In this document: positions 1 to 13,415 of the stretch, piece by piece
How the letters are laid out: the number at the start of each line of letters is the position of its first letter
Position numbering within the stretch: position 1 is the stretch's first letter
NCBI GenBank assembly: GCA_002269645.1
Contig: NIVC01000543.1
Location: forward strand, 481,795 to 545,794
DNA length: 64,000 nucleotides
From: Macrostomum lignano
Taxonomy: Eukaryota
Direction of reading: 5' to 3'
Made by a program: the position numbers and the translations under genes
Notes under the pieces: generated by a model
What the model was told of the DNA's origin: nothing
The model's input: only the letters and a program-made list of their open reading frames with translations
The model's database searches: none

Positions 1-56
1 TGAGGATCTGAAAGGCTGGCCCAGCAACTGAGGATCTGGGAGGCTGGCCCAGCACC
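1..56. repeat. 28-bp tandem repeat in a MED12 intron, truncated by the window edge
   Basis: tgaggatctg(aa/gg)aggctggcccagca(a/c)c x2. Confidence 0.6.
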
Positions 57-94
57 TAAGAAACTGAAAAATTTGCTGTTGTCTCCAGACTCAC

Positions 95-500
95 TTGAGC
101 AGTAACCAGCTCCATCTCGCAGAACGTGAGCATAGAGAATCGGCGCCTAATATCGTTGAGCTCGGCGTCCTCGTCGGCGCTGCCGGCCCGGCGCTGCTTG
201 GCGTACATGCCGGTGCTGGCGTCCATCAGGTTGTGCTTCTTGGTGAACAGCCGGCTGACCTCCCGCACCAGACGGCGCAGGAATCTCTTCAAAGCTTCCT
301 CGCTTTTGCCGACCCCGTAGAGCATGTGGAGGCGCTGGCTGGCCTCGTGAGCGTAGGTGTCATCGGCGGGCAGGGGGAAGTGGGCCAGGTACTGGATGTG
401 CTTGCTGGGCTGCTGAGCCAGGCCAGGCGGGCTGTACTCAGTCTCAGAGAAAACCAGCGGCGCCTTCTCCGAGCTCAGAATGTCGTGCGCGATCAGGTAC
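95..500 (-). CDS. MED12: MED12 exon 5
   Basis: Acceptor ttcag|GTACCTG completes R-YLIAHDIL; donor caa|gtgagt. Confidence 0.85.
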
Positions 501-3500
501 CTGAATAGGTACGCAGGATATGCCCTAATGTAATTCAACTGTAGCAAGTCACCTGGTGTCACCTGTTGAAGGTCTGGAAAGTCAGAGCTGATGCAGACAC
601 GTGTGGATGACATGCTGATGAAACTTCAGCTGAAGAATTGAATACACTAGCGCTTATGGGAAAATCCGACCTGCTGGTATAATTGTGTTGAATATCTCGG
701 AGATATTCAAGATTTGACTCTTGTTTGAGAAGGTGAGCAACTAAAATTAGCCCGTGTTTTTGCGTTTCGTATTGCTTAGTTGAAGTACACCTACGAATCG
801 TCATGTACACCCCTCACCTGGCATAGCTGTCGTGGTCGAAGATCTCCCTATCGATGAGCTCGCCAAAGAGGGCCACCAGATTCCGGAACGGCTCCTGGCA
901 GTCGGGTCCGGATTCGCGGTCCTGCCTAGGCGCCGAGTCGCTATTCAGAAAGCTGACCAGCTGATCGTGCAACCGGACCGGATCCACCCGGTTCAGCAAG
1001 CGCAGCTTCTCCATGAGCACCGCGGCAACCACTGGCCGGTGGCAGCCGCCGCGGCTCGGGTGCACAGCCCACTGGCAGAGCAGATTGGCCACCCGAAGGT
1101 CGCTCTCCGGGTCCTCCCGATCGAAGCACTTGGTGAAGAGGTTGTGCATGATGTCCTTGTCCTGCAGTGGCATCTCAGACTCGCCCTGCTGCAGCGCCTC
1201 CTGGGGAAAGTGGGATTGGAGGCTTGCTTGCTTGGGAAAAGGCGTGAAACTTGTCTGAAAAACAAAGCCCAAAATCTCATGCTACAGCCACCTAGTCTCA
1301 TTACAGCAGCCCAAAATCTCATATTACAGCTGCCCAAAGTCTCATATTACAGCAGCCCAAAATCTCATATTATAGCAGCCCAAAATATCATATTATAGCA
1401 GCCCAAAATATCATATTACAGCTGGCTAAAATCTCATATTACAGCAGCCCAATATCTCATATTACAGCTGCCCAATATCTCATATTACAGCTGGCTAAAA
1501 TCTCATATTACAGCAGCCCAAAATCTCATATTACAGCAGCCCAAAATCTCATATTACAGCAGCCTAAAATCTCATATTACAGCAGCCCAAAATCTCATAT
1601 TACAGCAGCCCAAAATCTCATATTACAGCAGCCCAAAATCTCATATTACAGCAGCCCAAAATCTCATATTACAGCAGCCTAAAATCTCATATTACAGCAG
1701 CCTAAAATCTCATATTACAGCAGCCTAAAATCTCATATTACAGCAGCTCAAAATCTCATATTACAGCAGCCCAAAATCTCATATTACAGCAGCCCAAATC
1801 TCATATTACAGCTGGCTAAAATCTCATATTATAGCAGCCCAAAATCTCATATTACAGCAGCCCAAAATCTCAGATCACAGCTGCCTCTGCCAGTATCTTT
1901 TATCCCTTGATCAGTAGAGCAGTTAGAAGCACCCCAATGACACTGGGATGCGGTACTCGCGGCTTGGCTCACTTTATTATCCTCAGACATATAGTCGTGC
2001 TTGTCCAGGTGCTCCAGCACTTCAATAAGCCGCAGAGTGTCCGGACTGTCAACCCGACGGGTCCAATGCTGCTCAGCCTCGGCGCTCCTGTTGATAATCT
2101 CTAGCATGAGCTGGCGCAGGGGGTCCAGCAGTTTCGGCGGCACTGGCAGGCACAGCAGGTTGCATGGCAGGCGGTCCAGGGGGCTTCCATACAGCGGCGA
2201 CTCGCAGCTGACGGCGGCGGACCAAACGGCGGACTCCGGGCAGCGCAGGATGGTGGTGACAATCAGGCTGGTGACTGACAGCAGGATCTGGTAGTGCTGC
2301 GGGCACTGCGACCGCTGGGCGAACTGCAGGTCAACAACGCTGCTCAAGTCGTGAACAACGCTGCAGCAGACGCCGAGAAATCTGCGACTCTCCAGCTCGG
2401 AGGTGGAGAAGTGCTGCACCACGGCCAGCAGGTGAGGCAGGAGGAACGCCAGCTGATTTTCTGAGCGGCGGCAGCGCTCAACGAACTCGGTGACCCAGCG
2501 GAGAATCTCCAGCTGCTCGAACAGGCTCTGATCCAGCATGGCAACCAGCAGGTCCCAGACGTAGTTCCATTCGTCTTGCACATCCTCGTCTGCGCCATCG
2601 ACCGCGGCCTCGAATGTGTCCTTCAGGTGCGTGCAGATGTCGTTCTTGACCTGCGTTTGGACGGCAAATAGGTCAATAGGTCAATAGATCTGCTTGGGTC
2701 AGCCGTCACTGACACACTAAATAGGTCAATAGGTCTGCTTGGGTCAGCCGTCACTGACACACTGAATAGGTCAGTAGGTCTGCTTGGGTCAGCAATCACT
2801 GACACACTAAATAGGTCAATAGGTCTGCTTGGGTCAGCAATCACTGACACACTGAATAGGTCAATAGGTCTGCTTGGGTCAGCCGTCACTGACACACTAA
2901 ATAGGTCAATAGGTCTGCTTTGGTCAGCCGTCACTGACACTGACACACTAAATAGGTCAATAGGTCTGCTTGGGTCAGCAATCACCGACACACTTAATAG
3001 GTCAATAGGTCTGCTTCGGTCAGCAATCACTGACACACTGAATAGGTCAATAGGTCTGCTTGGGTCAGCAATCACTGACACACTGAATAGGTCAGTAGGT
3101 CTGCTTGGATCAGCAATCACTGACACACTAAATAGGTCAATAGGTCTGCTTGGGTCAGCAATCACTGACACACTGAATAGGTCAATAGGTCTGCTTGGGT
3201 CAGCAATCACTGACACACTGAATAGGTCAATAGGTCTGCTTCGGTCAGCAATCACTGACACACTGAATAGGTCAATAGGTCTGCTTTGGTCAGCCGTCAC
3301 TGACACTGACACACTAAATAGATCAATAGATATACTTGGGTCAGCAATCACTGACACACTAAATAGGTCAATAGGTCGTCTTGGGTCAGCAATCACTGAC
3401 ACACTGAATAGGTCAATAGGTCTGCTTGGGTCAGCCGTCACTGACACAATAAATAGGTCAATAGGTCTGCTTGGGTCAGCAATCACTGACACAGTAAATA

Positions 3501-5232
3501 GGTCAATAGGTCTGCTTGGGTCAGCACTCAGCAATCACTGACACACTGAATAGGTCAATAGGTCTGCTTGGGTCAGCCGTCACTGACACAATAAATAGGT
3601 CAGTAGGTCTGCTTGGGTCAGCAATCACTGACACACTGAATAGGTCAATAGGTCTGCTTGGGTCAGCAATCACTGACACACTGAATAGGTCAATAGGTCT
3701 GCTTGGGTCAGCAATCACTGACACACTGAATAGGTCAATAGGTCTGCTTGGGTCAGCAGCCAGCAGGTTTACCTGAACCTCAGGCGCATCAAATGGTTTT
3801 TTCTTCTTAGACGATTCGGACAAGCTGCTGCTGAACTGCCACCAGACCTTCAAATACCAGATGGCCCGGTGCACGGGCAGACGATTCTTGAACACCTCCT
3901 TGAGTATGTCCTCCTTCTTCACTGACAGGGGCACTTTAGCCGACAATTTAGTCAATTGTTCGCCAGATTTGAAATCCTTAAACCACTCTTCAACTTTGCT
4001 GGCGGTCCGGCCGGCCATGGGCAGGGAGATGTCCTTGCTGATGGCGCCGCGCCTCTTGCTGGTGTCCGGCATCACGTTAACGTCCACTTTGCGCTGTACA
4101 ATCTTCTTGAATGCGCCCAGCACGTCTTCGCTGGAGCAATTGAAATTTTTGGCTATGGAAGAGTATTCTTCCAGTTTGGTGCCTTTGAATCGATTCTGCA
4201 GGATGTCTTTGAAGCCTTCACGGACATTGACCTACACGGATTAGTGATGCAGTAAATAAGGTACAAGACTGCTCAAGAGTGAGTGTGTTGTAGGAGTGCT
4301 CAAGGGCGATGCTTTGGGAGTGCTCAAGGGCGATGCGTTGGCAGTGCTTCAGAGCGATGCTTTGGGAGTGCTCAAGGGCGATGCTATGGGAGTGCTCAAG
4401 GGCGATGCTATGGGAGTGCTCAATGGCGATGCTATGGGAGTGCTCAAGGACGATGCTTTTGCAGTGCTCAAGGGCGATGCTATGGGAGTGCTCAAGGACG
4501 ATGCTTTGGGAGTGCTCAAGGGCGATGCTTTTGCAGTGCTCAAGGGCGATGCTTTTGCAGTGCTCAAGGGCGATGCTTTTGCAGTGCTCAAGGGCGGTGC
4601 TTTGGGAGTGCTCAAGGGCGATGCTTTGGGAGTGCTCAAGGGCGATGCTTTTGCAGTGCTCAAGGGCGATGCTTTTGCAGTGCTCAAGGGCAATGCTTTT
4701 GCAGTGCTCAAGGGCGATGCTTTTGCAGTGCTCAAGGGCGATGCTTTTGCAGTGCTCAAGGGCGATGCTTTTGCAGTGCTCAAGGGCGATGCTTTTGCAG
4801 TGCTCAAGGGCGATGCTTTTGCAGTGCTCAAGGGCGGTGCTTTGGGAGTGCTCAAGGGCGATGCTTTGGGAGTGCTCAAGGGCGATGCTTTAGAATCATA
4901 GAATACAAAGACTGCTAAGCCATGAAATACCCGCAAACGGTGGTCACAGATGTACAGCATAAGCTGCAGCCTTCAAGGGCTGTGAAACAGCTTGCACAAT
5001 GCTGTCGGGGAGACACTGTGAGAGCTGCAGCTTCTAGCCTGTATTTATTGCAGCAAAGAATTATCAACTAGGATTCATCCCCTGCCAACAAGATGGATCT
5101 TGAACCAACCTGATCCAGTTTATCCTCATCCTGATTGGGCATCTGCGGATAAACCTCGGGCGGGCCAAGAGGCTTTCTCTCCAGCCGGGCCTTCTTCAGC
5201 GAGAGCGTCTCCAAGGAGGGAAACGATGGCAT
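95..5232 (-). CDS. MED12: Mediator subunit 12 (kohtalo), 5' part; exons 5110-5232, 3773-4231, 1973-2650, 818-1254, 95-500; continues past the left edge
   Basis: Spliced translation MPSFPSLETLSLKKARLERKPLGPPEVYPQMPNQDEDKLDQ|VNVREGF...EEWFKDFKSGEQLTKLSAKVP...KKEDI...PVHRAIWYLK matches the MED12 N-terminus as recalled (human LGPPDVYPQDPKQKEDEL...WFTDLAGTKPLTQLAKKVP...PVMRAAWLIK). Later exons give LLCQWAV..RGGCHRPVVAAVLMEK and FRNLVALFGELI. All GT-AG junctions are phase-compatible (0,0,0,2,0). Confidence 0.93.
818..1254 (-). CDS. MED12: MED12 exon 4
   Basis: Acceptor ttttcag|ACAAG (an internal in-frame AG could be used instead), donor cag|gtgagg; LLCQWAV, LHDQLVSFL, FRNLVALFGELI. Confidence 0.85.
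1265..1880. repeat. 23-bp minisatellite filling MED12 intron 3
   Basis: Unit cagcagcccaaaatctcatatta, roughly 26 copies. Confidence 0.95.
1973..2650 (-). CDS. MED12: MED12 exon 3
   Basis: Acceptor cgcag|GTCAAG, donor aaa|gtgagc; WNYVWDLLVAMLDQSLFEQLEILRWVTE...CPESAVW...GSPLDRLP. Confidence 0.9.
2665..3760. repeat. 45-bp minisatellite filling MED12 intron 2
   Basis: Unit gtcagcaatcactgacacactgaataggtcaataggtctgcttgg, roughly 24 copies. Confidence 0.95.
3773..4231 (-). CDS. MED12: MED12 exon 2 (Med12 N-terminal domain)
   Basis: Acceptor gtgtag|GTCAAT, donor cag|gtaaac, 153 codons. Confidence 0.9.
4294..4892. repeat. 24-bp minisatellite in MED12 intron 1
   Basis: Unit gtgctcaagggcgatgctttt(gca/gga), about 25 copies. 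Confidence 0.95.
5110..5232 (-). CDS. MED12: MED12 exon 1 (41 codons, not in ORF track)
   Basis: ATG at 5232; LGPPEVYPQ motif; donor cag|gttggt. Confidence 0.88.
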
Positions 5233-5939
5233 GCTCATTCACGGGCCGGTGAAATGCCTCAGTGGCCAATTAGCACTGGGAAATTGCAATGTGAGTTAGC
5301 ACTAGTGAGTAAAGAGCTCTGAGTATCCTGAGCAAATTTCTATTGCCAACTAAGCAAAAGGCTACATGCAGTCTGGCAACCAGAAATATTATTTCATTAT
5401 ATACAAATTCTATTTTAATAGCCCCTTGACTTTTGAGTTTGCTTGAATCGATTTTAAAAATGTCACTAACAGAATATTAACTTTGGATTAACAAACCTAC
5501 CTTTAATTAAACTAAAATTGCTCTTTACCATAAAAAAATATGAGCAAATTTCTTGAAACATATATGGCTGAAACTGGCTGAAATTGCTATTGTAAGAATG
5601 GGTAAATACCATAGACTATAGGATAATTTCTTATTTAATTGATGCTACAAGTTCTAAATGCTTTTGCTCATAATTGAAAGCACAAAAAATAATAACTGCA
5701 AAAAACAAACTTAAAAATGTTGAATATTAGCATGTGTAGTTGCTAGGATACAGGAATAGACAATTTTGCACAGTATTAGATAAAAAATTTATATTTTGGG
5801 ACACCCAGTAATTATTATATATGGATCAATGGTGTTATAGAATGATTTAAAAAATTAGTGAATTTTTTTAAATACTAGATAGTAAAATATACTATATACT
5901 ATACTATATACTGTAAACTACATACTAATATCTAGTACA

Positions 5940-6170
5940 CAGGGCAGATTTAGGGGGGGCAGTGAGGGGGCTGCTACTCTCCCGTTTTTTAGCTTAATAG
6001 AACATATTGCACCCTTGAAAACCTAGGTTTGTACCCTTTAAACACATTTTTGCATCTTTAAGTTTGCCTTTTTGGCCTTATACAAATTTTAGGCCCTTTA
6101 GCTTAAAATTTAGTGCCCCAAAACTTGGAACAACCCCCCTCCTTTAAATGAAATTCTAGATCTGCTATTG
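5940..6170. mobile_element. Degenerate MITE-like element
   Basis: Imperfect terminal inverted repeats cagggcagatttag...ctagatctgctattg; resembles the element at 8239. Confidence 0.45.
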
Positions 6171-6499
6171 CTAGTATATGATATTATATTAATGATAAAA
6201 TATCTTGATTCTATGTCTAGATATGAGCATATTATTATTAAGATATTAGTCTATTTTTCTATTCTAGTATATATTAAAGAATGTTGACAATAAAGTGGCT
6301 TAATTTAATATCAAATACTTGACACTTCCTTATTTTCCAAAATTTATTATAATATATTATATTTAAGCTTCAAACTTAAACTTAAAAGTATATCTTACTT
6401 GGTATTAACTAACTTTTTTAATCTATGAAATAATCAAATTGACTATATTGTCAAAAGCATAGTAAATATTAAAAAAATCTATCATATAATAGTTTTAGC

Positions 6500-7002
6500 C
6501 CATAGTGTAGATCATGTAGTGCACGCGAGAATTTTCCCGTGTGCATTTTCAAAAGTGGCGTGCACCGGGGTGCGATTAGGTAAGTGGCGTGCATTTGGCA
6601 TGCATAATGCACACTACATAAATACACTGGCGTGCCTGGCATGCGCCGCGTGCCGCGTGCCTGGCACCTGATGTGGCAAAGCTGCCAATGCAATGGTAAG
6701 CAGACATAAAATATGTATTATTGTATTTAACTTTTGAAAAAAACTATTGTAAATAAACAGTGTATAAGACTGTTAAATAAATTAATGTATGAGAAATACA
6801 CATTTTTAAAGATATATCATTTCTTTTGTACATTATTTGTTGCTTTGTTTTACACAATGCAATTTAAAATACGTTTTTTGTCTTCAATTTGAATTTTAAT
6901 TTATCGGCGTGCATCGGCGTGCATTCGCTTGTTGTCGGCGTGCTTTTGGGAATTAGCTTTTGGTCGTTTCTTGCGTGCACTTAGCATGATCCACACTATA
7001 GG
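6500..7002. mobile_element. Non-autonomous DNA transposon (MITE), ~32-bp TIRs, 8-bp TSD
   Basis: Left ccatagtgtagatcatgtagtgcacgcgaga vs right tcttgcgtgcacttagcatgatccacactatagg; exact GTTTTAGC on both sides (6492-6499, 7003-7010); repeated subterminal ggcgtgc motifs. Confidence 0.82.
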
Positions 7003-8238
7003 GTTTTAGCAATATACATTCAATGAAAAAGCTAAAATATTACTGTCTAGTAAATAACCAATGGAATCAACAAGCAGTTTGCAATAAATACCTTAATAAA
7101 TATTTATCAATTTGTAATAGCTTTTATTTTGAATGGCCTACTTAGATACCAAATATTCTTTTATTCATAACCACTTTCTATCAAAGTCAATATAATAAAA
7201 TAAAAATATAATAATAGCTATTAAACTTTATTAAATCAAGATATTTTACTAAGATAGACCAAGATAAACAGAGATAGACTATCAACGAAGATAGGGCCTA
7301 GATTAATGGAAATACTAAAGAAAAAAGAAATAGATAAAGGAAGTTTGTAGAAGCAAACTATAAATATAGTTACTTTTATCAATTAATTATTATCTTTTAA
7401 TCTATGTTAGGCCTATTATTAGTACTTTGTTCTATTTTCTATCTTAGTAATTATTCTTTATTAGTAAATCTTGGTTAAGGACCTTGGGTTGATCTATTTT
7501 AGTGTATCTTAATATTGTTTATTTTTAATAGTCTAAATAATTACACATAATAACTTATTTACTACCTACTCCTGTTTCCAAAATGGTTATTTCTAAACTT
7601 ATCTATCAATATCATTAAAATGGTTGCTACCAAAAATCATTCTTATTGAAATAGAATGGAATAGCATGGAAGGGGTGGGGAGAGTTGTCAGAATGTCAGA
7701 GGGAGAGAGAGAGAGCTACAGTATGGGTAAGTACATTGAGTTTTTAAATCACAACACCTCTTTGCCCCTTTGCCTTTGGCGCGTTCCTTTTGCTTTGCTT
7801 TTCCTTTCGCGCCTGCTTTTGTTTGGTGTTGGGGGCTCCGTTGCCAGGCTCCCTCACCTCGTCTGCTCGCCAGCTCTGTGTCTTATGTGTTCTTTGTTGA
7901 GGGGGCGGTGTGCACTAACATATAAAAATTATTTCGTGGATTTTAAATTGACTCTGGTGCGTGACCCATTTTCTTCGGCCTACGATCAATCCGTAAATAT
8001 CTTATTGCCTTGATTTAGGATGTCAATCTTGTAACTTGTAACTAAGAAGTCAGAGAAGAGCGAATGGCAATAGAAAAAGCAGCCACAACTGCCGAATGAT
8101 GGTACTGATTTCTCTCTTTCAGAATTTCATGCACCGTAATCATTTTAAAACTGGTATTCAGATATTCACCATTAAATTTTTTCAGGGAAACTGGCCTCCA
8201 AAAAGTACATGATCCTTGAGTTTACGTCCTGTTATACT

Positions 8239-8410
8239 CAGGCACGGATCCAGAAACTTTTTGAGGGAAGGGCAAGCTGTACCAAGTACTACAGCCCAAT
8301 ATTAGAAAATAGACCTGGCATATTTGCAGGCCAAAAAAGTATGGCCCAATTTTTTTGGCCGCGGTTGAGGGGGGCATGGCCCTCTTGGCCACCCACTGGA
8401 TCCGCCCCTG
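8239..8410. mobile_element. 172-bp MITE
   Basis: TIR caggcacggatccag / ctggatccgcccctg (13/15 match), G-run near one end. Confidence 0.7.
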
Positions 8411-9280
8411 GTTATACAACAATAATCATTGCCCCCGTACTGGACGTACACACTGTTTGGATACCTTAACTTTGAAAATTGCACTTTGAAAATTGCTTTT
8501 CGTGCTCGCAGGCACATCAACTTTAAGCAAACAACTGCCGCACGTACTATATAGGTACATCTAATAATGCGTTTGCCAGTTTAAATGCGTACATACGAGC
8601 TACAATGTAGTTTACATTAAGGTTGGGAAGTGTTGACAGGACATTATCCTGCACTACAAGTAAAAGCCAAAAGTACATATGTACATGTACATGTGAAAAG
8701 CATGTATTCAAACTGGAAAATGGAAAAAAGTTCAACTCTCTGCACAATAGCCAACGTAAGCCAATATGCAGTGTAAATTGAAATTGGGCCATTACATCAT
8801 TAAAACATTTCCTATACAATGTATAGCTGTACATCTATACAAACGTAAATTATGAATGGGTAGCCCATATACGGTCCACTACAGATGCTCAGCTTCTGCA
8901 GTTATTACAGCTTTGGACCTTGTTAATTTTTGTGAAAATCTGTCGCGAATAATGCAATTTATACTACTCACAAACGCCAGTAGTATACTAAATTGAATAT
9001 CTACTTTGGATACCTCTTCCAATAGTACAGTTTAATTTGCGTTTTAGAGAATATAAAGTAAGTAGACATTGAAATATAGACATTGAGAGTATATACGAGC
9101 GTATGGTGAGGTATTGCATGTAGAAGTAAATATCCAAGTAGGTATTCAATTTAGTATAGTATTGGGGTTTGTTTTTCGCAACAAAGTTCCTAAAAATGGC
9201 ACTTAACAGGGTCCTAAGTACATGTAGTGCAGTTTACCGTATTTGAAAGAAAGTTACAAATGTAAGCCAACTGGTGCAAC

Positions 9281-9592
9281 TTCAAGTTTGGTGCTTTTGA
9301 ATCGATTCTGTGGGATGTCTTTGAAGCTATCGCGGAAATTGACCTACAGGGACTAGTGATGCAGTAAATAAGGAACAAGACTGCTTAAAAGTGTTTTGTG
9401 GGAGTGCTGGGTGGGTGATGCTTTGGCAGTGCTAAGTGGCGATGCTTTAGAATCATATGATGGGAAGACTGTCAAGCCATGAAATACCCGCAAACGATGG
9501 CCACAGATGTACAGCCCAAGCTGCAGCCTTCAAGGGCTGGGTGTACCAGCTTGCACAATGCTGTCGCGGAGACACTGTGAGGGGCTGCAGCT
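9281..9592 (-). pseudogene. Diverged duplicate of the MED12 exon 2 5' end plus intron 1
   Basis: Colinear with 4169-5032 (tttgaatcgattctg..gatgtctttgaagc..ttgacctaca..gtgatgcagtaaataagg..gctttagaatcata..ccatgaaatacccgcaaacg..gcttgcacaatgctgtcg..gagacactgtga) but lacking the expanded 24-bp array. Confidence 0.85.
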
Positions 9593-10074
9593 CCGCAGTT
9601 TACCGTATTAGAAAGCTATAAATTTAAGCTAACTGGCTAGGAGCATTTTTTATAAGAAGGCAAACGAAGTCTTCCCGATCTCATGACTTATAAAGGTCCT
9701 GCTCGAATCATTAACGCTTTCTTCATGACACGCAGGAACAGATTCCTCTCGCTCCCCTGAGCTTGCCCCCTTGATTCATGGATTAAATTTCGAAACAAGC
9801 CAACCCAAACGCTTTGAAGTCCCGATGTCAGCTCGCAGGAGAGGCTAAATTGTTGCGTGCGTGATTCAATTCGCTTCGGCGCATTCGGATGCTGTATGAT
9901 GCACAAACATTTCGCTCCAGATGAGCCGCATCAAAGAGTTTTTCAGTAAAGAGCTTTAAGTGAATGGCATTATGCGATAAAGTAGTACAAGAAGCCCACA
10001 TTCTCCTCGCTGGGCCTATAAGAAGTTCAGAAGAAATTTCATAGTTGCTTGGCAACTTCTAATAATAATAATAA

Positions 10075-10540
<466 letters not shown>

Positions 10541-11054
10541 ACGCTACGACTCATTAAAAGCTGCACCCTAGCCGCATCTTGGCCGGAAGCCACGTGACCG
10601 GAACTGTCAACACGAGAACAGGGATCTTGCAGTGAGGCGGTGAATCGGCGGTGACTGTAGCTCAGTGCCCGCTTCCTTCGCCCATCGGGCCTGCCCTCAC
10701 CTTGCCCCTCAAGCCCTTCCGATCTGTCCCCATCGCAAACCGGAGAGCAAGCCTCTCCCAGCTTGGCAACAATGCTGCCAACAAAGACGCGATGCAGCCG
10801 CTGACTTTTGGTGCTGGACACGCCTTGCTGACCTGACAGTCAGAGCTGTTTAGACTCCGGGTTGCTAGGTTGAACGCAGAGGACTGGCAGTCGGGTTTTG
10901 ACAGACTTTCTAAGAGTACAACTAAATTATAAGTGCGTTCGCTTTTAACCGCCAGTGATTGACGTGCATGCAAGAATGCTCGATGCAACGGGGTCGCTCA
11001 ACAAGGTGGAAAGTAGAAATTTTGAGTTGCAAAATACTCTCATTCTGACAGCTC

Positions 11055-11845
11055 TGGCAATGGTAGGTACAGGGCGACAGTAGCAATGGTAGACAGAGGG
11101 CGACAGTGGCAATGGTAGACAGAGGGCGACAGTGGCAATGGTAGGCAGAGGGCGACAGTGGCAATGGAAGGCAGAGGGTGACAGTGGCAATATTAGGCAG
11201 AGGGCGACAGTGGCAATGGAAGGCAGAGGGCGACAGTGGCAATGGTAGACAGAGGGCGACAGTGGCAATGGTAGACAGAGGGCGACAGTGGCAATGGTAG
11301 GTACAGGGCGACAGTGGCAATGGAAGGCAGAGGGTGACAGTGGCAATGGTAGGTACAGGGCGACAGTGGCAATGGAAGGCAGAGGGTGACAGTGGCAATG
11401 GAAGGCAGAGGGCGACAGTGGCAATGGTAGGCAGAGGGCGACAGTGGCAATGGAAGGCAGAGGGCGACAGTGGCAATGGAAGGCAGAGGGCGACAGTGGC
11501 AATGGAAGGCAGAGGGCGACAGTGGCAATGGTAGGCAGAGGGCGACAGTGGCAATGGTAGACAGAGGGTGACAGCGGCAATGGTAGACAGAGGGTGACAG
11601 TGGCAATGGTAGACAGAGGGTGACAGTGGCAATGGTAGGCAGAGGGCGACAGTGGCGATGGTAGGCAGAGGGCGACAGTGGCGATGGTAGGCAGAGGGCG
11701 ACAGTGGCGATGGTAGGCAGAGGGCGACAGTGGCGATGGTAGGCAGAGGGCGACAGTGGCGATGGTAGGCAGAGGGCGACAGTGGCAATGGTAGGTAGAG
11801 GGCGACAGTGGCAATGGTAGGTAGAGGGCGACAGTGGCAATGGTA
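11055..11845. repeat. 26-bp minisatellite
   Basis: Unit gagggcgacagtggcaatggtaggca, about 30 copies. Confidence 0.95.
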
Positions 11846-12347
11846 GATAGGGTTGTTTACAATCCCTCTGTGCTCAGAGATTCCACAGGTTCGGCAGTGG
11901 TAGCCAATATTAATTGTTGTTTGAACTTGTATAAAAGTACAAGCAAAAGACGACACTGCTGCAGCCAATAGAAAAGTTTAAAGCCGGCACTCCTGACAAA
12001 ATCTCTTCAATAATCTCTTGCACCCCGTCTGTGGCCTTCCTTTGCCTCAGCTCTCGGTGCTGGGCAAACAAAATCTGAAAATTGCTTTTTTTACGCGTTG
12101 GGAAAGGAATTTCATCGGAAAGCGACGTCAAACAATGGCGGATTGAGCTGCCCCCCCCCCGGCTCCATTGTCAGTCCGTCAGAATCAATTCGGCCCGCGA
12201 CCAACAGTCTGGGTTGAAGTGATTTCTCAAGTGGATAAACAAAACTCATTGCAGCCCCGTCTGACCAGCTGTTCAGACGGGAGCACACATTGTGCAGGAA
12301 CTGAGCTGTAGCTTGAAACTGCGCTGCTGTCTTCAGAATATTCAGCT

Positions 12348-13415
12348 GGTTAATATTGTAGCTGGCCTGTGTACATGCCTGTTGCACTGCTGCACCATGG
12401 TTAATATTGTAGCTGGCCTGTGTACATGCCTGTTGCACTGCTGCACCATGGTTAATATTGTAGCTGGCCTGTGTACATGCCTGTTGCACTGCTGCACCAT
12501 GGTTAATATTGTAGCTGGCCTGTGTACATGCCTGTTGCACTGCTGCACCATGGTTAATATTGTAGCTGGCCTGTGTACATGCCTGTTGCACTGCTGCACC
12601 ATGGTTAATATTGTAGCTGGCCTGTGTACATGCCTGTTGCACTGCTGCACCATGGTTAATATTGTAGCTGGCCTGTGTACATGCCTGTTGCACTGCTGCA
12701 CCATGGTTAATATTGTAGCTGGCCTGTGTACATGCCTGTTGCACTGCTGCACCATGGTTAATATTGTAGCTGGCCTGTGTACATGCCTGTTGCACTGCTG
12801 CACCATGGTTAATATTGTAGCTGGCCTGTGTACATGCCTGTTGCACTGCTGCACCATGGTTAATATTGTAGCTGGCCTGTGTACATGCCTGTTGCAGTGC
12901 TGCACCATGGTTAATATTGTAGCTGGCCTGTGTACATGCCTGTTGCACTGCTGCACCATGGTTAATATTGTAGCTGGCCTGTGTACATGCCTGTTGCAGT
13001 GCTGCAACATGGTTAATATTGTAGCTGGCCTGTGTACACGCCTGTTGCAGTGCTGCACCATGGTTAATATTGTAGCTGGCCTGTGTACATGCCTGTTGCA
13101 CTGCTGCACCATGGTTAATATTGTAGCTGGCCTGTGTACATGCCTGTTGCACTGCTGCACCATGGTTAATATTGTAGCTGGCCTGTGTACATGCCTGTTG
13201 CACTGCTGCACCATGGTTAATATTGTAGCTGGCCTGTGTACATGCCTGTTGCACTGCTGCACCATGGTTAATATTGTAGCTGGCCTGTGTACATGCCTGT
13301 TGCAGTGCTGCACCATGGTTAATATTGTAGCTGGCCTGTGTACATGCCTGTTGCACTGCTGCAACATGGTTAATATTGTAGCTGGCCTGTGTACATGCCT
13401 GTTGCACTGCTGCAC
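12348..13415. repeat. 51-bp minisatellite, highly homogeneous
   Basis: Unit ggttaatattgtagctggcctgtgtacatgcctgttgcactgctgcaccat, about 21 copies. Confidence 0.97.

Noticed and set aside
2623-4960. Long repetitive ORFs over the 45-bp and 24-bp arrays
   Set aside because: They lie inside MED12 introns defined by splice phase; they are open only because the units lack stops.
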